A stretch of DNA of 64,000 nucleotides from Acidimicrobiales bacterium. Its GTDB lineage: Bacteria; Actinomycetota; Acidimicrobiia; Acidimicrobiales; SZUA-35. A model generated the notes under the pieces. The model saw only the letters and a program-made list of their open reading frames with translations, made no database searches and was not told the DNA's origin. This document shows positions 37,085 through 46,468 of the stretch, piece after piece (position 1 is the first letter of the stretch; every line of letters begins with the position of its first letter). A program made the translations under genes and the position numbers. The stretch is from positions 12,397 to 76,396 of the forward strand of contig JAHDFR010000005.1 in the NCBI GenBank assembly GCA_020628065.1. The letters run 5' to 3'.

Positions 37085-37688
37085 ACGTTTCGGCGACTGG
37101 GGAAGGCCGGTTGATGGTTCCGATGCGGTCGGAGCGCTTGCCGGTGACGCTGAACTGGCTGTCGCCGCCTACGAGAGTATTCAGACGGGAGGCTCGACGC
37201 GAGCCTCGCTGGCCGGCGGAGACTTAATGCGAACGCTCGGCCTTGACGCACCGCGTCTTGCCGATGACAGGTACGAGTACCCGATTGACCTTGGGCTGGC
37301 CCGGTCAACGTCGGTCGACGGCGACGACGACTGGGTCCCGTTTTCGGCCCATGCCGCTGCCGGGCGAGTGTTGGGTCCCGGATGGTTTTGTGCGGTAATG
37401 AACGCGCCGTGGCTTGGTGGTTGGCGCCTAGGGCCAAAGGCGCACCCTAATGACGGAAAGTTGGATGTCACCAGCGGCACCATCCCCTTACGACAAGTTC
37501 CGGAGGCTCGTCGCCGTGCCGCCACGGGAACTCATATACCTCATCCCGGTCTTCGACAGCAACGCACGGCTGAGGCCCGGATTGACTTTCCTCGACCCCT
37601 CGTGGTTCGACTCGATGGTCGGGTGGTCGGCCGCTGGCCCGGGTTTGATCTAAAGGTCCTGGACGATGCGGCCACGCTGGTGGCGTGA
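37074..37688 (+). CDS. Hypothetical protein resembling the C-terminal half of DAGK/YegS-type lipid kinases
   Basis: The ATG overlaps the helY 3' end by 11 nt. GPKAHPNDGKLDV and ...VRLDGRVVG resemble the accessory beta-sandwich domain of diacylglycerol-kinase-like proteins. Only a degenerate LAGGDLMRTL stands in place of GGDGT. Confidence 0.4.
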   Translation: MTIERFGDWGRPVDGSDAVGALAGDAELAVAAYESIQTGGSTRASLAGGDLMRTLGLDAPRLADDRYEYPIDLGLARSTSVDGDDDWVPFSAHAAAGRVLGPGWFCAVMNAPWLGGWRLGPKAHPNDGKLDVTSGTIPLRQVPEARRRAATGTHIPHPGLRQQRTAEARIDFPRPLVVRLDGRVVGRWPGFDLKVLDDAATLVA

Positions 37689-37778
37689 AGGCGCAGTCAT
37701 CATGACTGGTCGTCAGTAAAGGGTTGGCGTGGGTGACGGCGACAGGCATGGTCGTCGGCGGTTGTCGGATACCTTGAC

Positions 37779-38441
37779 GTGGTGGACCCAATGAGCACCG
37801 CCAGAGCGTCGGCCAATGCTCGGCAGGCGCCATCAAGCCCCGGCGGATCCCTGAAGCGGAAAGGCCACTTTTGGGTTCGGTGGATTCACGTGTACTCCAG
37901 CATGCTCGGCCTGGTGCTGATGCTGTTCTTCGGTGTTACCGGTGTAACGCTCAACCATCCGGATTGGAGCATCAGTAGCAACGAGCAAATGACCGATTCC
38001 ACCGGGATCCTGCCCCCGGAAACCATCAGTGGATTCACTGAGGGTACGGAGGTCCTGATCGCGGTTAGCGAATACGCCCGCTCCGACCTTGGAGTTTCGG
38101 GCGAGGTGGTGGACTTCGGGCTTGAACAGGCTGACGGCTTCATCAACTACCGCGCCCCCGGGTACGCCGCCGACTTGTTCTTCGACGCAGGAACCGGCGA
38201 CTACCAGCTGACCACTCGTCAGCAAGGCTTCGTTGGGATTATGAACGCCCTCCATGCCGGTCGGGATACCGGCAGCGGCTGGAAACTGGTTATAGACATC
38301 AGCGGTATTCTGCTGACAGTGATAGCCATCACCGGCATCGCCATACAACTGTTTATGCGCAAGCGGCGACGAAGCGCCATCACAGTCATGGCAGTCGGAG
38401 CGCTGTTGACCATCCTTCTCATCGTGATCGCCATGCCCTAG
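37779..38441 (+). CDS. PepSY-associated TM-helix domain protein
   Basis: WVRWIHVYSSMLGLVLMLFFGVTGVTLNHPDW and C-terminal TM helices (WKLVIDISGILLTVIAITG...). ATG 37791 is an alternative start. Confidence 0.65.
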   Translation: MVDPMSTARASANARQAPSSPGGSLKRKGHFWVRWIHVYSSMLGLVLMLFFGVTGVTLNHPDWSISSNEQMTDSTGILPPETISGFTEGTEVLIAVSEYARSDLGVSGEVVDFGLEQADGFINYRAPGYAADLFFDAGTGDYQLTTRQQGFVGIMNALHAGRDTGSGWKLVIDISGILLTVIAITGIAIQLFMRKRRRSAITVMAVGALLTILLIVIAMP

Positions 38442-38457
38442 AGCCGGCGGAGCTTGG

Positions 38458-39375
38458 TTGTCGTTGTCACTCAGACGGCGCTTGGTGTCATCCGATTCGT
38501 CGCCTACCATCCGAACCGTGGTCCGTGATCCAGCCGACTTTTCGCAAGCCCGATCGATTTTGATCGCTCCAGCTGTTCGGGCCGACTTTCTGGCCAAACT
38601 GCCAAGTCGCGGTGCTGACCTTCTGTTCATCGACTGTGAGGATGCCGTACCGGCGGCAGCAAAGAATGAGGCGAGGTCCCTCGCCGCCGAGGCAACGACC
38701 ACACTGGGGGAGCAGGGTTGTGCAGTGGTGGTGCGAGTCAACGCCACCGAGTCGGAGTGGTTCGGTGGTGATGTGGCCGGTCTGTCGTCAGCGGTTGCCG
38801 GTGTGGTGATTCCGAAGATCGAAACGCTTGAACAGATTGACGCCGCCACCTCTGCGCTTGACCGGGCAGGCCTGACCGCCATCGGTATTGTGGCCGGCCT
38901 GGAGACGGCCCTGGGTGTCTATGAAGCCAGACACCTACTTCAACACGATCGGATTGTTGCCGCCTACTTCGGGGCAGAAGATCTGATCGCCGACTTGGGG
39001 GGTGTGCGAACGGAGTCAAACGACGAGGTGGCGTCGGCCAGGGCGCTTACTGCGCTGGCCGCTCGCATCGCCAACAAACCGTTGTGGGACCAAGTGGTTA
39101 CCGACTTCCGAAACAATGAACGCTTTTCTAGGGAGGCGACCGAGGCTCGCAACATGGGGTACGTCGGAAAGCTGTGCATCCACCCCGCTCAGGTGACCCT
39201 GGCCAGGGACGCGTTCACACCGTCGAAGGACGAGGTGGACCAGGCCCGGCGATTGTTGGCGGCCTATGAGGAGGCATCGGCCGGCGGCCTGGCCGCCATC
39301 GACTTCGAGGGCCGCATGGTGGATGAGCCGCTGGCGATACAGGCCCGCCGGCTCCTTGATCGAGTCCGGGAATGA
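38458..39375 (+). CDS. citE: HpcH/HpaI aldolase / citrate-lyase-beta-like (acyl-CoA lyase) family protein
   Basis: ADLLFIDCEDAV, VVRVN, GAEDLIADLG and KLCIHPAQV motifs of CitE-like lyases. The true start is probably downstream (e.g. GTG 38518). Confidence 0.75.
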   Translation: MSLSLRRRLVSSDSSPTIRTVVRDPADFSQARSILIAPAVRADFLAKLPSRGADLLFIDCEDAVPAAAKNEARSLAAEATTTLGEQGCAVVVRVNATESEWFGGDVAGLSSAVAGVVIPKIETLEQIDAATSALDRAGLTAIGIVAGLETALGVYEARHLLQHDRIVAAYFGAEDLIADLGGVRTESNDEVASARALTALAARIANKPLWDQVVTDFRNNERFSREATEARNMGYVGKLCIHPAQVTLARDAFTPSKDEVDQARRLLAAYEEASAGGLAAIDFEGRMVDEPLAIQARRLLDRVRE

Positions 39376-39418
39376 GTCGAACCGTGGTAGTCGAGGAAGT
39401 AGTGAAGGAAGACGCGAG

Positions 39419-39904
39419 ATGAGCGATGCGCCCCGGCCGCACACTGGTCGATGGTTGGAGGAACTTGAGCCCGGCATGGTGATCTCTCATGCGATCCGTC
39501 GCTCCATCACCGAGTCCGACAACGTCATGTTCACCTCGATGACCATGAACCCGGCTTGGTTGCATCTTGACTTCGACTATGCCGAAAACGAGACCGAGTT
39601 TGGTCGGCCGCTGGTCAATTCAATGTTGACATTGGCCATGGTGATCGGCATCAGCGTTCACGAGACGACGCTGGGCACGACGGTGGCCAACCTTGGGTTT
39701 TCCGAGATCGCGTTCCCGTCACCGATGTTTCACGGCGACACACTACGAGTGGAAACCGAAGTCATGGCTGCCCGGCACTCCAAGTCCAGGCCCGGTCAGG
39801 GAGTGGTGACGTTTGAGCATCGGGGCTTCAACCAGAGTGACGTGCTGTGCTGCCGGGCAGTACGCAATGCCCTCATGTTGTCGCGGCCCGAGGGTGAGGA
39901 GTGA
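39419..39904 (+). CDS. MaoC-like (R)-specific enoyl-CoA hydratase/dehydratase, single hotdog
   Basis: 161 aa from ATG 39419. DNVMFTSMTMNPAWLHLD...GFSEIAFPSPMFHGDTL matches a hotdog hydratase motif region. Confidence 0.8.
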   Translation: MSDAPRPHTGRWLEELEPGMVISHAIRRSITESDNVMFTSMTMNPAWLHLDFDYAENETEFGRPLVNSMLTLAMVIGISVHETTLGTTVANLGFSEIAFPSPMFHGDTLRVETEVMAARHSKSRPGQGVVTFEHRGFNQSDVLCCRAVRNALMLSRPEGEE

Positions 39905-39909
39905 ACTGA

Positions 39910-40734
39910 TCAGGACGATATGTCGGAGGCAGGGGGCCCATCAGTTGCCCCACCGGCAAATGCCTGAGCTTTGACCATCCAGTCGAATGCGCTGAAGCCG
40001 ACGATGTCCAGATCGGTATCGTCCGGATGCCGTCGCTGGGTCACCACCAAACAGAAGTCTACGGCCGAGCCCGAGATCCGATTGGCGCTGTCGGTGGGTC
40101 CGAAACGCCAAGACGCTCCGGCAGGGCTGGTGAGATCAACCAGAATCGGCTCGTCTGGTGGTTCGAGTCCGCGGACGACATATGACCAGCCTCGAGTGTT
40201 AACGCCGAGTCTGGCGATGTGGGCCAACCGCTCCGTCGGCTCGATGCCGGCGCCCACGGCGTCGGCAACGTCCTGTCCGTGGGCCCATGTCTCCATCAGA
40301 CGGGCGGTCAGGAATGACTTGGCTCCCATCCACGGCCCGTACCACGGCACTCTGGCCTTGTCCTCCAGCGTGCCGGCTTGTTTGATCAAGGCGGCCCGGT
40401 TGGCCCGCCACGACGACAGCAAGTCATCGGGCGCCATGGCACGAAACGCGCCGAGAGTGAGGTCGTCGACGGTCTGCGACGACTCAGGATCCATAGCCTC
40501 GATCAACGCCGCCTTTTTGGCCTCGAAGTCGTCCGGCGATTCGATGGCCAAACGAGCAGTGTCGTCGAAGTACGTGAGATGTCCGATCTGATCCCTTACC
40601 GTCCATCCCGGACTAGCCGTGGGGCGATCCCAATCGTCGGCGTCGAGCGAGGCGACCAGACGGTCGAGATCGTCATGTTCCGCCGCCAGTTCAGACGCCA
40701 ACTCGGCCACGGTCACGGTGCCCTCAATTGCCAT
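39910..40734 (-). CDS. DinB / mycothiol-dependent maleylpyruvate-isomerase-N-terminal family protein (TIGR03084-like)
   Basis: AELASELAAEHDDLDRLVASLDADDWDRPTASPGWTVRDQIGHL is the typical N-terminal four-helix metal-binding domain of this family. Confidence 0.7.
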   Translation of the reverse strand: MAIEGTVTVAELASELAAEHDDLDRLVASLDADDWDRPTASPGWTVRDQIGHLTYFDDTARLAIESPDDFEAKKAALIEAMDPESSQTVDDLTLGAFRAMAPDDLLSSWRANRAALIKQAGTLEDKARVPWYGPWMGAKSFLTARLMETWAHGQDVADAVGAGIEPTERLAHIARLGVNTRGWSYVVRGLEPPDEPILVDLTSPAGASWRFGPTDSANRISGSAVDFCLVVTQRRHPDDTDLDIVGFSAFDWMVKAQAFAGGATDGPPASDISS

Positions 40735-40817
40735 GGCTGATCCTCCGCTTGTGGTTCACCCGCATGCTCAAACAACTGAGTGGTAGCGTAGCCCAGCCGC
40801 CAACTACGGTGTGAGCC

Positions 40818-42707
40818 GTGAGCCCAGCTGACAATGATCGACGGCCGGTGAGGATCGCCAACTGTTCCGGCTTTTTCGGCGACAGGGCCAGCGGTGCTGA
40901 GGAGATGGTCGACGGTGGCCCTATCGACGTTCTCACCGGGGATTGGTTGGCCGAGCTCACCATGCTCATTCTCGGGCGGACCAGGGCCCGAAAGGGCGCT
41001 GGCGGTTTCGCCACGACGTTTGTCCATCAGGCCGAGCAGGTGTTGGAGCGCTGTCTTGATCGAGGGATCAAGATTGTAAGCAACGCCGGTGGTCTCGATC
41101 CGATGGCTTGCGGGGAGGCTCTGGCCGACCGTGCGGCCGCCCTTGGACTCTCACCCAAGATCATGTGCGTGACCGGAGATAATCTGATGGGCCGGATGAA
41201 CGAGCTGTTGGACAACGGAGCTCTCATGTCGTTTTTGGACGACCGTCCACTACCAGGCAGGGGTCCCAACGAGGCCGGTGCAGCCAAGTACGAGACGGCG
41301 AACGCCTATCTCGGGTGTTGGGGAATCGTTGAAGCGCTGACCGGCGGGGCGGACGTCGTGATTACCGGCCGCACCACCGACGCTGCGGTCGTATGCGGCC
41401 CCGCTGCGTGGTACCACAACTGGACGCCGACAGATTTTGACCGCCTGGCGGGAGCGGTGGTGGCAGGTCACATCATCGAATGCAGCGGCCAAGCCACTGG
41501 GGGGAACTACTCCTTCTTCACCGAACTACCGAACTTTGCCACCGAAGACTTCGTCCCGCGGGTCGGGTTTCCGTGGGCTGATATCGCCGCCGACGGATCG
41601 AGTGTGATCGGTAAACATGACGGCACCGGCGGCGCGGTCACGGTTGGAACCGTCACCAGCCAGCTGCTGTACGAGATCGGAGCACCTGACTATCTGGGGC
41701 CGGACGTGACGGCCAAGTTCGAATCGATTCGGTTGTCGCAACTCGAACCTGATCGTGTCGGTGTGTCCGCCGTAGCCGGGGTTGCACCGCCTTCAACGCT
41801 CAAAGTCTCACTCAATCAAGCAGGAGGCTATCGAAACTCCTTTTCGGTGGCGCTCACCGGGCTTGACATTGAAGCCAAGGCTGAGTTGGCCCGACGCAGC
41901 TTCTGGGATTTGTGTCCCTACAGTCCGGGAGACTTCGACTACGTCGAGGACGTCGTCGTCGACACAGCCCAGATGGACCCAGCGACACAGGAAGCGGCCA
42001 CCGCCATATGGCGTGTCTCGGTCAAGGACGGCGACGAACGAAAAGTCGGCCGAGCCTTCAGCAACGCCATGGTCCAAACCGCCCTCAGCTCGATCCCCGG
42101 CATGTACGGTCTGGGCGGAGGCCCATCGGCGGCCAAGCCGTTCGGTGTCTTTCAACCGGCCAAGCTGGCCCGTCACCTCGTTCCCCAATTTGTCCAACCG
42201 GTGTCGGGAGAGGCCGGGGACAGCCCGACTCGAAAGGTGACCGACACCGTTGAGCTGATTCGAGCCATCGACGCTACCGAAACAGACACTGCGGCGAAAC
42301 CGACACCGACTGCGGACCAGGGGGGATCGATCAACGCCCAGTGGGGCGCGTCGCCGACTCGAGACGCGCCCCTGGGCACAGTGTTCGGTACGCGCTCGGG
42401 GGACAAGGGAGGCGACGCCAATCTTGGCATCTTCGCCCGCTCCGAGGTCGCCTGGCAGTGGCTGGACAGCGAAATGACCGTGGAGAGACTGCGTCAACTC
42501 CTGCCGGAAACCGTAGAGATGGCAATTGAGCGTTACCGTCTGGAGAACCTGTGGTCATTGAACTTTGTGATCCGCGGGCTCCTTCAAGAGGGGGTGGCGG
42601 CTTCCACCCGGCAGGACCCGCAGGCCAAAGCAATCGGTGAATGGCTCCGGGCCCGTGTCGTTTCGCTGCCGGTCGAGGTGCTTGAGGCCAAGTCGGTGTG
42701 GCTCTAG
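40818..42707 (+). CDS. AtuA-like acyclic terpene utilisation family protein (DUF1446 with fused C-terminal domain)
   Basis: VRIANCSGFFGDRASGAEEMVDGGPIDVLTGDWLAELTM is the N-terminal DUF1446 signature. The C-terminal GTRSGDKGGDANLGIFAR region is typical of the fused form. Confidence 0.75.
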   Translation: MSPADNDRRPVRIANCSGFFGDRASGAEEMVDGGPIDVLTGDWLAELTMLILGRTRARKGAGGFATTFVHQAEQVLERCLDRGIKIVSNAGGLDPMACGEALADRAAALGLSPKIMCVTGDNLMGRMNELLDNGALMSFLDDRPLPGRGPNEAGAAKYETANAYLGCWGIVEALTGGADVVITGRTTDAAVVCGPAAWYHNWTPTDFDRLAGAVVAGHIIECSGQATGGNYSFFTELPNFATEDFVPRVGFPWADIAADGSSVIGKHDGTGGAVTVGTVTSQLLYEIGAPDYLGPDVTAKFESIRLSQLEPDRVGVSAVAGVAPPSTLKVSLNQAGGYRNSFSVALTGLDIEAKAELARRSFWDLCPYSPGDFDYVEDVVVDTAQMDPATQEAATAIWRVSVKDGDERKVGRAFSNAMVQTALSSIPGMYGLGGGPSAAKPFGVFQPAKLARHLVPQFVQPVSGEAGDSPTRKVTDTVELIRAIDATETDTAAKPTPTADQGGSINAQWGASPTRDAPLGTVFGTRSGDKGGDANLGIFARSEVAWQWLDSEMTVERLRQLLPETVEMAIERYRLENLWSLNFVIRGLLQEGVAASTRQDPQAKAIGEWLRARVVSLPVEVLEAKSVWL

Positions 42708-42786
42708 TTCGGGCCGGGTTGAAGTCGTTGGCACAAGATCGGACGAAAGCTGGAATATCGGCGTCAGTCCACGCCAGACTGGAATA

Positions 42787-43959
42787 ATGCGCAACCACGT
42801 AACGGACATGTTCGGTATCGACGTGCCGATCTTCGCTTTCACCCATTGCCGGGACGTGGTTGTTGCCGTCTCCAAGGCCGGAGGGATGGGGGTCCTTGGG
42901 GCGGTGGCGCACACTCCGGAACAACTCGAAATCGATCTCCAATGGATTGAGTCCGAGCTTGGTGGAAGGGCTCCTTATGGAGTCGACTTGATTGTTCCCC
43001 TGCGGTACACGGGGTCGGACGACGGCGGTCTAACGGTGGCCGACGTGATCGAGGCCATACCAGGGGCCCACCGCCAATTTCTCGACGAGCTCCTTGAACG
43101 CTACGACGTGCCCGACCGAACTGACGACTCCAATCGAAGTCATGATGGAGACTCGAATGTCAGAACTTCGAACTTCGCGTCGTCCGGTGAACGACCGGCC
43201 CCCTTCTCCGCCGACCAGGCCGGGCCTCAGCTCGACATAGCGTTGGCTCACGAGCCGACGTTGCTCGTCAATGCGCTTGGGCCTCCGCCGCAGTTCATGA
43301 TCGACCGGGTGAAAGAACAGGGCAGGAAAATCGGTGCGCTGGCCGGGAAGCCACAACATGCCTCCCGCCACATCAACGCCGGGGTCGACTTGTTGATAGC
43401 TCAGGGCTATGAGGCCGGCGGTCACACCGGTGAGGTCGGCTCGATGGTGCTTATTCCCGAAATCGTCGACGCCGCCGGCGGCATTCCGGTGTTGGGCGCC
43501 GGTGGAATTGGGCGAGGGCGGCAGATGGCAGCGGCTATGGCGCTCGGAGCTCAGGGTGTCTGGTGTGGCTCGGTTTGGCTGACAACCGAAGAGGCCGAAA
43601 CCCATCCCGTGGTCAAGTCCAAGTTCCTGGCCGCCTCGTCGTCGGACACGATCCGCTCAAAGTCAAGAACCGGCAAACCTGCCCGGCAGCTGAGATCGGC
43701 CTGGACCGACGAATGGGAGCGACCTGATACGCCAGATCCGCTCGGCATGCCGATGCAGCCGATCCTGGTGGCTGAGGCCCTTGATCGAATCGACCGGGCA
43801 GCTCACAAGTCCGGATCCGGGGCCGAACAGTTGGCCAACTACTTCGTCGGGCAAATCGTTGGTGAAATGAACAAGATCAAACCGGCATCACAGGTCGTGT
43901 ACGAGATGATCGATGAGTTCATCGATGCCGTACGCTCGCTTGGAGTTTACGTTGAGTGA
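42787..43959 (+). CDS. Nitronate monooxygenase (NMO / 2-nitropropane dioxygenase-like FMN enzyme)
   Basis: 390 aa from ATG 42787. FGIDVPIFAFTH, AQGYEAGGHTG and GAGGIGRGRQMAAAMALGAQGVWCGS motifs. Confidence 0.8.
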   Translation: MRNHVTDMFGIDVPIFAFTHCRDVVVAVSKAGGMGVLGAVAHTPEQLEIDLQWIESELGGRAPYGVDLIVPLRYTGSDDGGLTVADVIEAIPGAHRQFLDELLERYDVPDRTDDSNRSHDGDSNVRTSNFASSGERPAPFSADQAGPQLDIALAHEPTLLVNALGPPPQFMIDRVKEQGRKIGALAGKPQHASRHINAGVDLLIAQGYEAGGHTGEVGSMVLIPEIVDAAGGIPVLGAGGIGRGRQMAAAMALGAQGVWCGSVWLTTEEAETHPVVKSKFLAASSSDTIRSKSRTGKPARQLRSAWTDEWERPDTPDPLGMPMQPILVAEALDRIDRAAHKSGSGAEQLANYFVGQIVGEMNKIKPASQVVYEMIDEFIDAVRSLGVYVE

Positions 43960-46468
43960 GCTAGACCTTGAACGGGCGGCCGTAGCCCGAATTTGGGCGG
44001 CCCACTCGGCCTACCTGGATCAGGTCCGGGCGGTGGCCGAAGGCCTTGCGGCCGAAGCGGCTGAAGCGGTCGATGACGGTATCCGTGATCTGGTCGATGA
44101 GGACGCTGAGGCCGACGCTGCGGTCCAAGCGGTGTTGGTGAGACAAATGTCGGAGCGGGCCATGTATGCCGCCCGCAGGGTAACGGACCTCGAGTCTCAG
44201 GGCGACGCATTGGCCTTTGGGAAAATGGTGACCGCCTCCGATGGAGAAATGTATGTCGGTCGTCGAACCGTCCTGAGCGGCGACGACGCGCTATTGGTGG
44301 ATTGGCGGGCCCGAGCGGCCATACCGTTCTATCGGGCGACGCCGGTTGAACCGATGGGTCTTACCGGGCGTCGCCATCTGTTGTACGACGACCCGTCGCC
44401 CGGTAGTGAGTCGACCTTGGTCGACTACTCCGACGAGTGGTTCGACGCGGGGGCGATGGACGAGCTGCGAAGTCGCAGCCGACGAGGGGAGCTAAGAGGC
44501 GAAGCGGCGCTACTGGCATCGCTCACCGCTCCAACCAGCGATCGAATGAGATCGGTGGTGGCGACGATTCAAGCCGAACAGGACGCCGTGGTTCGGGCGC
44601 CGTCAAATCGCCCGCTGTTGGTGCAAGGCGGTCCCGGAACAGGCAAGACGGTGGTGGCACTGCACCGCGCCGCCTACCTGCTGTACGACCAGAGGGAAGA
44701 GTTGGAGGAGTCGGGCGTGCTTATTGTGGGCCCGACCACGCGCTTCCTCAGCTACATCTCCGGCGTGCTCCCGTCGCTGGGGGAGAGCGGCGTTGTTTCG
44801 GTGACGGTGGCTCGTTTATTGCGAGGCGTTCGGTTGGGTCACGATGAGGCCCCCTCGGTGTCGGCGATGAAGGGCGATCGACGCATGGTGGCGGTTATGG
44901 CCGCTTCGGTTGCCGCCCGTCAGCGTCTTCCACGAGCGGATCTTGTCGCATGGTACGGATCGCAAAGGGTGCGTATCACCAACGATGCGTTGGTTCGCAT
45001 GTTCAAAGAAGCGCAGCGGAACACTTTGCACAATGACGGGGCCCGCCAGCTCAGACGCATGGTGGTCGACGCGGCAGCCGGTCAGGTGTACGACCGGGCC
45101 TTTCACAATCTCGATGATGCCCGACAGTCGTTCGAACGGAATCCTGATGTCAAGGAGTTCTGTCTCCGGCACTTCCCACCGCTAACCCCTGAACAGGCTC
45201 TGAACGACCTGCTGGGCTCTCCCAATTTGTTGGCTGATGTTCTCAGCGCTGCCGGTTCACCTCCTGATTGGGCTTGCTCGCTGCACCGCCAACGGACCCC
45301 CGAGGCCGATCTGGACCGTCGGGCGTGGTCGGAGGCCGACAGTGCGCTTCTTGACGAGTTGTTGGCCCGTCTGGGTCCGACCGTCGACGACGACATTGAT
45401 GGACCAGTGTCCGCCCTCGAGTCACGTATGGCCGAAGACGAGTTCGCCGAGATGTACAAAGAGGAATCCCTCTTCGACCAGCCACCCGAACGCGGCGACG
45501 AGCCGGGAGACGTGGCGTTCGAGCTTGCGTTCAACGATCCCTACATCGAGGACGACGATGATGCGGAGTGGGCCGACAAGGCCAAGGCTGAGGAAGGGGC
45601 AGGGGCAGGACGATCGGCCGACGAACCGATCGGCCTGGACGAAGCAGCGGCCATGGAGGAAGAAGATCAGCAGCGATGGCAGGATGGGCGTGCTGCTCCG
45701 GAGTACGACGGCGCGCCGGCTGAAGATCTGAACCTGGAAGGCGTCGACGCTCTGGCCGAAGACGGTGCCACCGTAGTGGAACTGGTGGCCAACGAACGTA
45801 GCTGGCAGTTCGGTCACGTCATCGTCGACGAAGCCCAGGAGCTGTCGGCCATGGAGTGGCGGATGGTGGCCCGCAGGGCTTTCGACGGATCGATAACCAT
45901 CGTCGGGGATCTGGCGCAGCGCAGCGCCGGGGCGGTGGCCAGTTGGTCGGAGCTCCTGCCGTCAACCTTCCAGGAACACCAGTATCGAGAACTGACGGTC
46001 AACTATCGCTCACCCGTCGAGCTACAGGCGCTGTCGGAGGCGCTACTGGCCGACATCGCCCCGTCAATCCGTCCATCATCGGCGATTCGGTCATCCAGTC
46101 GGCCGGTCCAGGTACGGACAGTCAGCGATGCCGCCGAAGCCACGACCCAGGCCGTAGCCGCCGTCGTAGCCTGCCGCGGCGCGGAACGGGTGGCCGTTGT
46201 AAGTCCGGCGTCTCTGGTTGATGAGATCGGCAGCCGGTTCGACGTTGGCGATGGCGCGGTCAGTGTCGAAATACTCACACCGACCGAGTGCAAAGGCTTG
46301 GAGTTCGACACGGTGGTTCTGGTTGAGCCCGGTCGGATCGAGCGTGAAGAAGGCGGGCTACCTGCGGTCTACGTGGCCGTCACCAGACCGACCCAGGAGC
46401 TGATTGTGATCACCACTGAAGAGCTCCCTTCGGCATTTCAAACAGCTGATCCGGCACTGCCGGCATGA
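43913..46468 (+). CDS. helD: HelD-like UvrD-family ATPase (RNA polymerase-associated helicase-like protein)
   Basis: Walker A GGPGTGKTVVALHRAAYLLY, motif II VIVDEAQELSAMEWRM and C-terminal KGLEFDTVVLVEP, with a long acidic insertion between Walker A and B. The start is uncertain (ATG 43913 or TTG 43952). Confidence 0.75.
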   Translation: MSSSMPYARLEFTLSELDLERAAVARIWAAHSAYLDQVRAVAEGLAAEAAEAVDDGIRDLVDEDAEADAAVQAVLVRQMSERAMYAARRVTDLESQGDALAFGKMVTASDGEMYVGRRTVLSGDDALLVDWRARAAIPFYRATPVEPMGLTGRRHLLYDDPSPGSESTLVDYSDEWFDAGAMDELRSRSRRGELRGEAALLASLTAPTSDRMRSVVATIQAEQDAVVRAPSNRPLLVQGGPGTGKTVVALHRAAYLLYDQREELEESGVLIVGPTTRFLSYISGVLPSLGESGVVSVTVARLLRGVRLGHDEAPSVSAMKGDRRMVAVMAASVAARQRLPRADLVAWYGSQRVRITNDALVRMFKEAQRNTLHNDGARQLRRMVVDAAAGQVYDRAFHNLDDARQSFERNPDVKEFCLRHFPPLTPEQALNDLLGSPNLLADVLSAAGSPPDWACSLHRQRTPEADLDRRAWSEADSALLDELLARLGPTVDDDIDGPVSALESRMAEDEFAEMYKEESLFDQPPERGDEPGDVAFELAFNDPYIEDDDDAEWADKAKAEEGAGAGRSADEPIGLDEAAAMEEEDQQRWQDGRAAPEYDGAPAEDLNLEGVDALAEDGATVVELVANERSWQFGHVIVDEAQELSAMEWRMVARRAFDGSITIVGDLAQRSAGAVASWSELLPSTFQEHQYRELTVNYRSPVELQALSEALLADIAPSIRPSSAIRSSSRPVQVRTVSDAAEATTQAVAAVVACRGAERVAVVSPASLVDEIGSRFDVGDGAVSVEILTPTECKGLEFDTVVLVEPGRIEREEGGLPAVYVAVTRPTQELIVITTEELPSAFQTADPALPA

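Noticed and set aside
43700-43960. Rifamycin-associated-element-type palindrome upstream of the HelD-like gene.
   Set aside because: The upstream sequence is the coding 3' end of the NMO gene, and I saw no ~19-bp GC-rich palindrome there.
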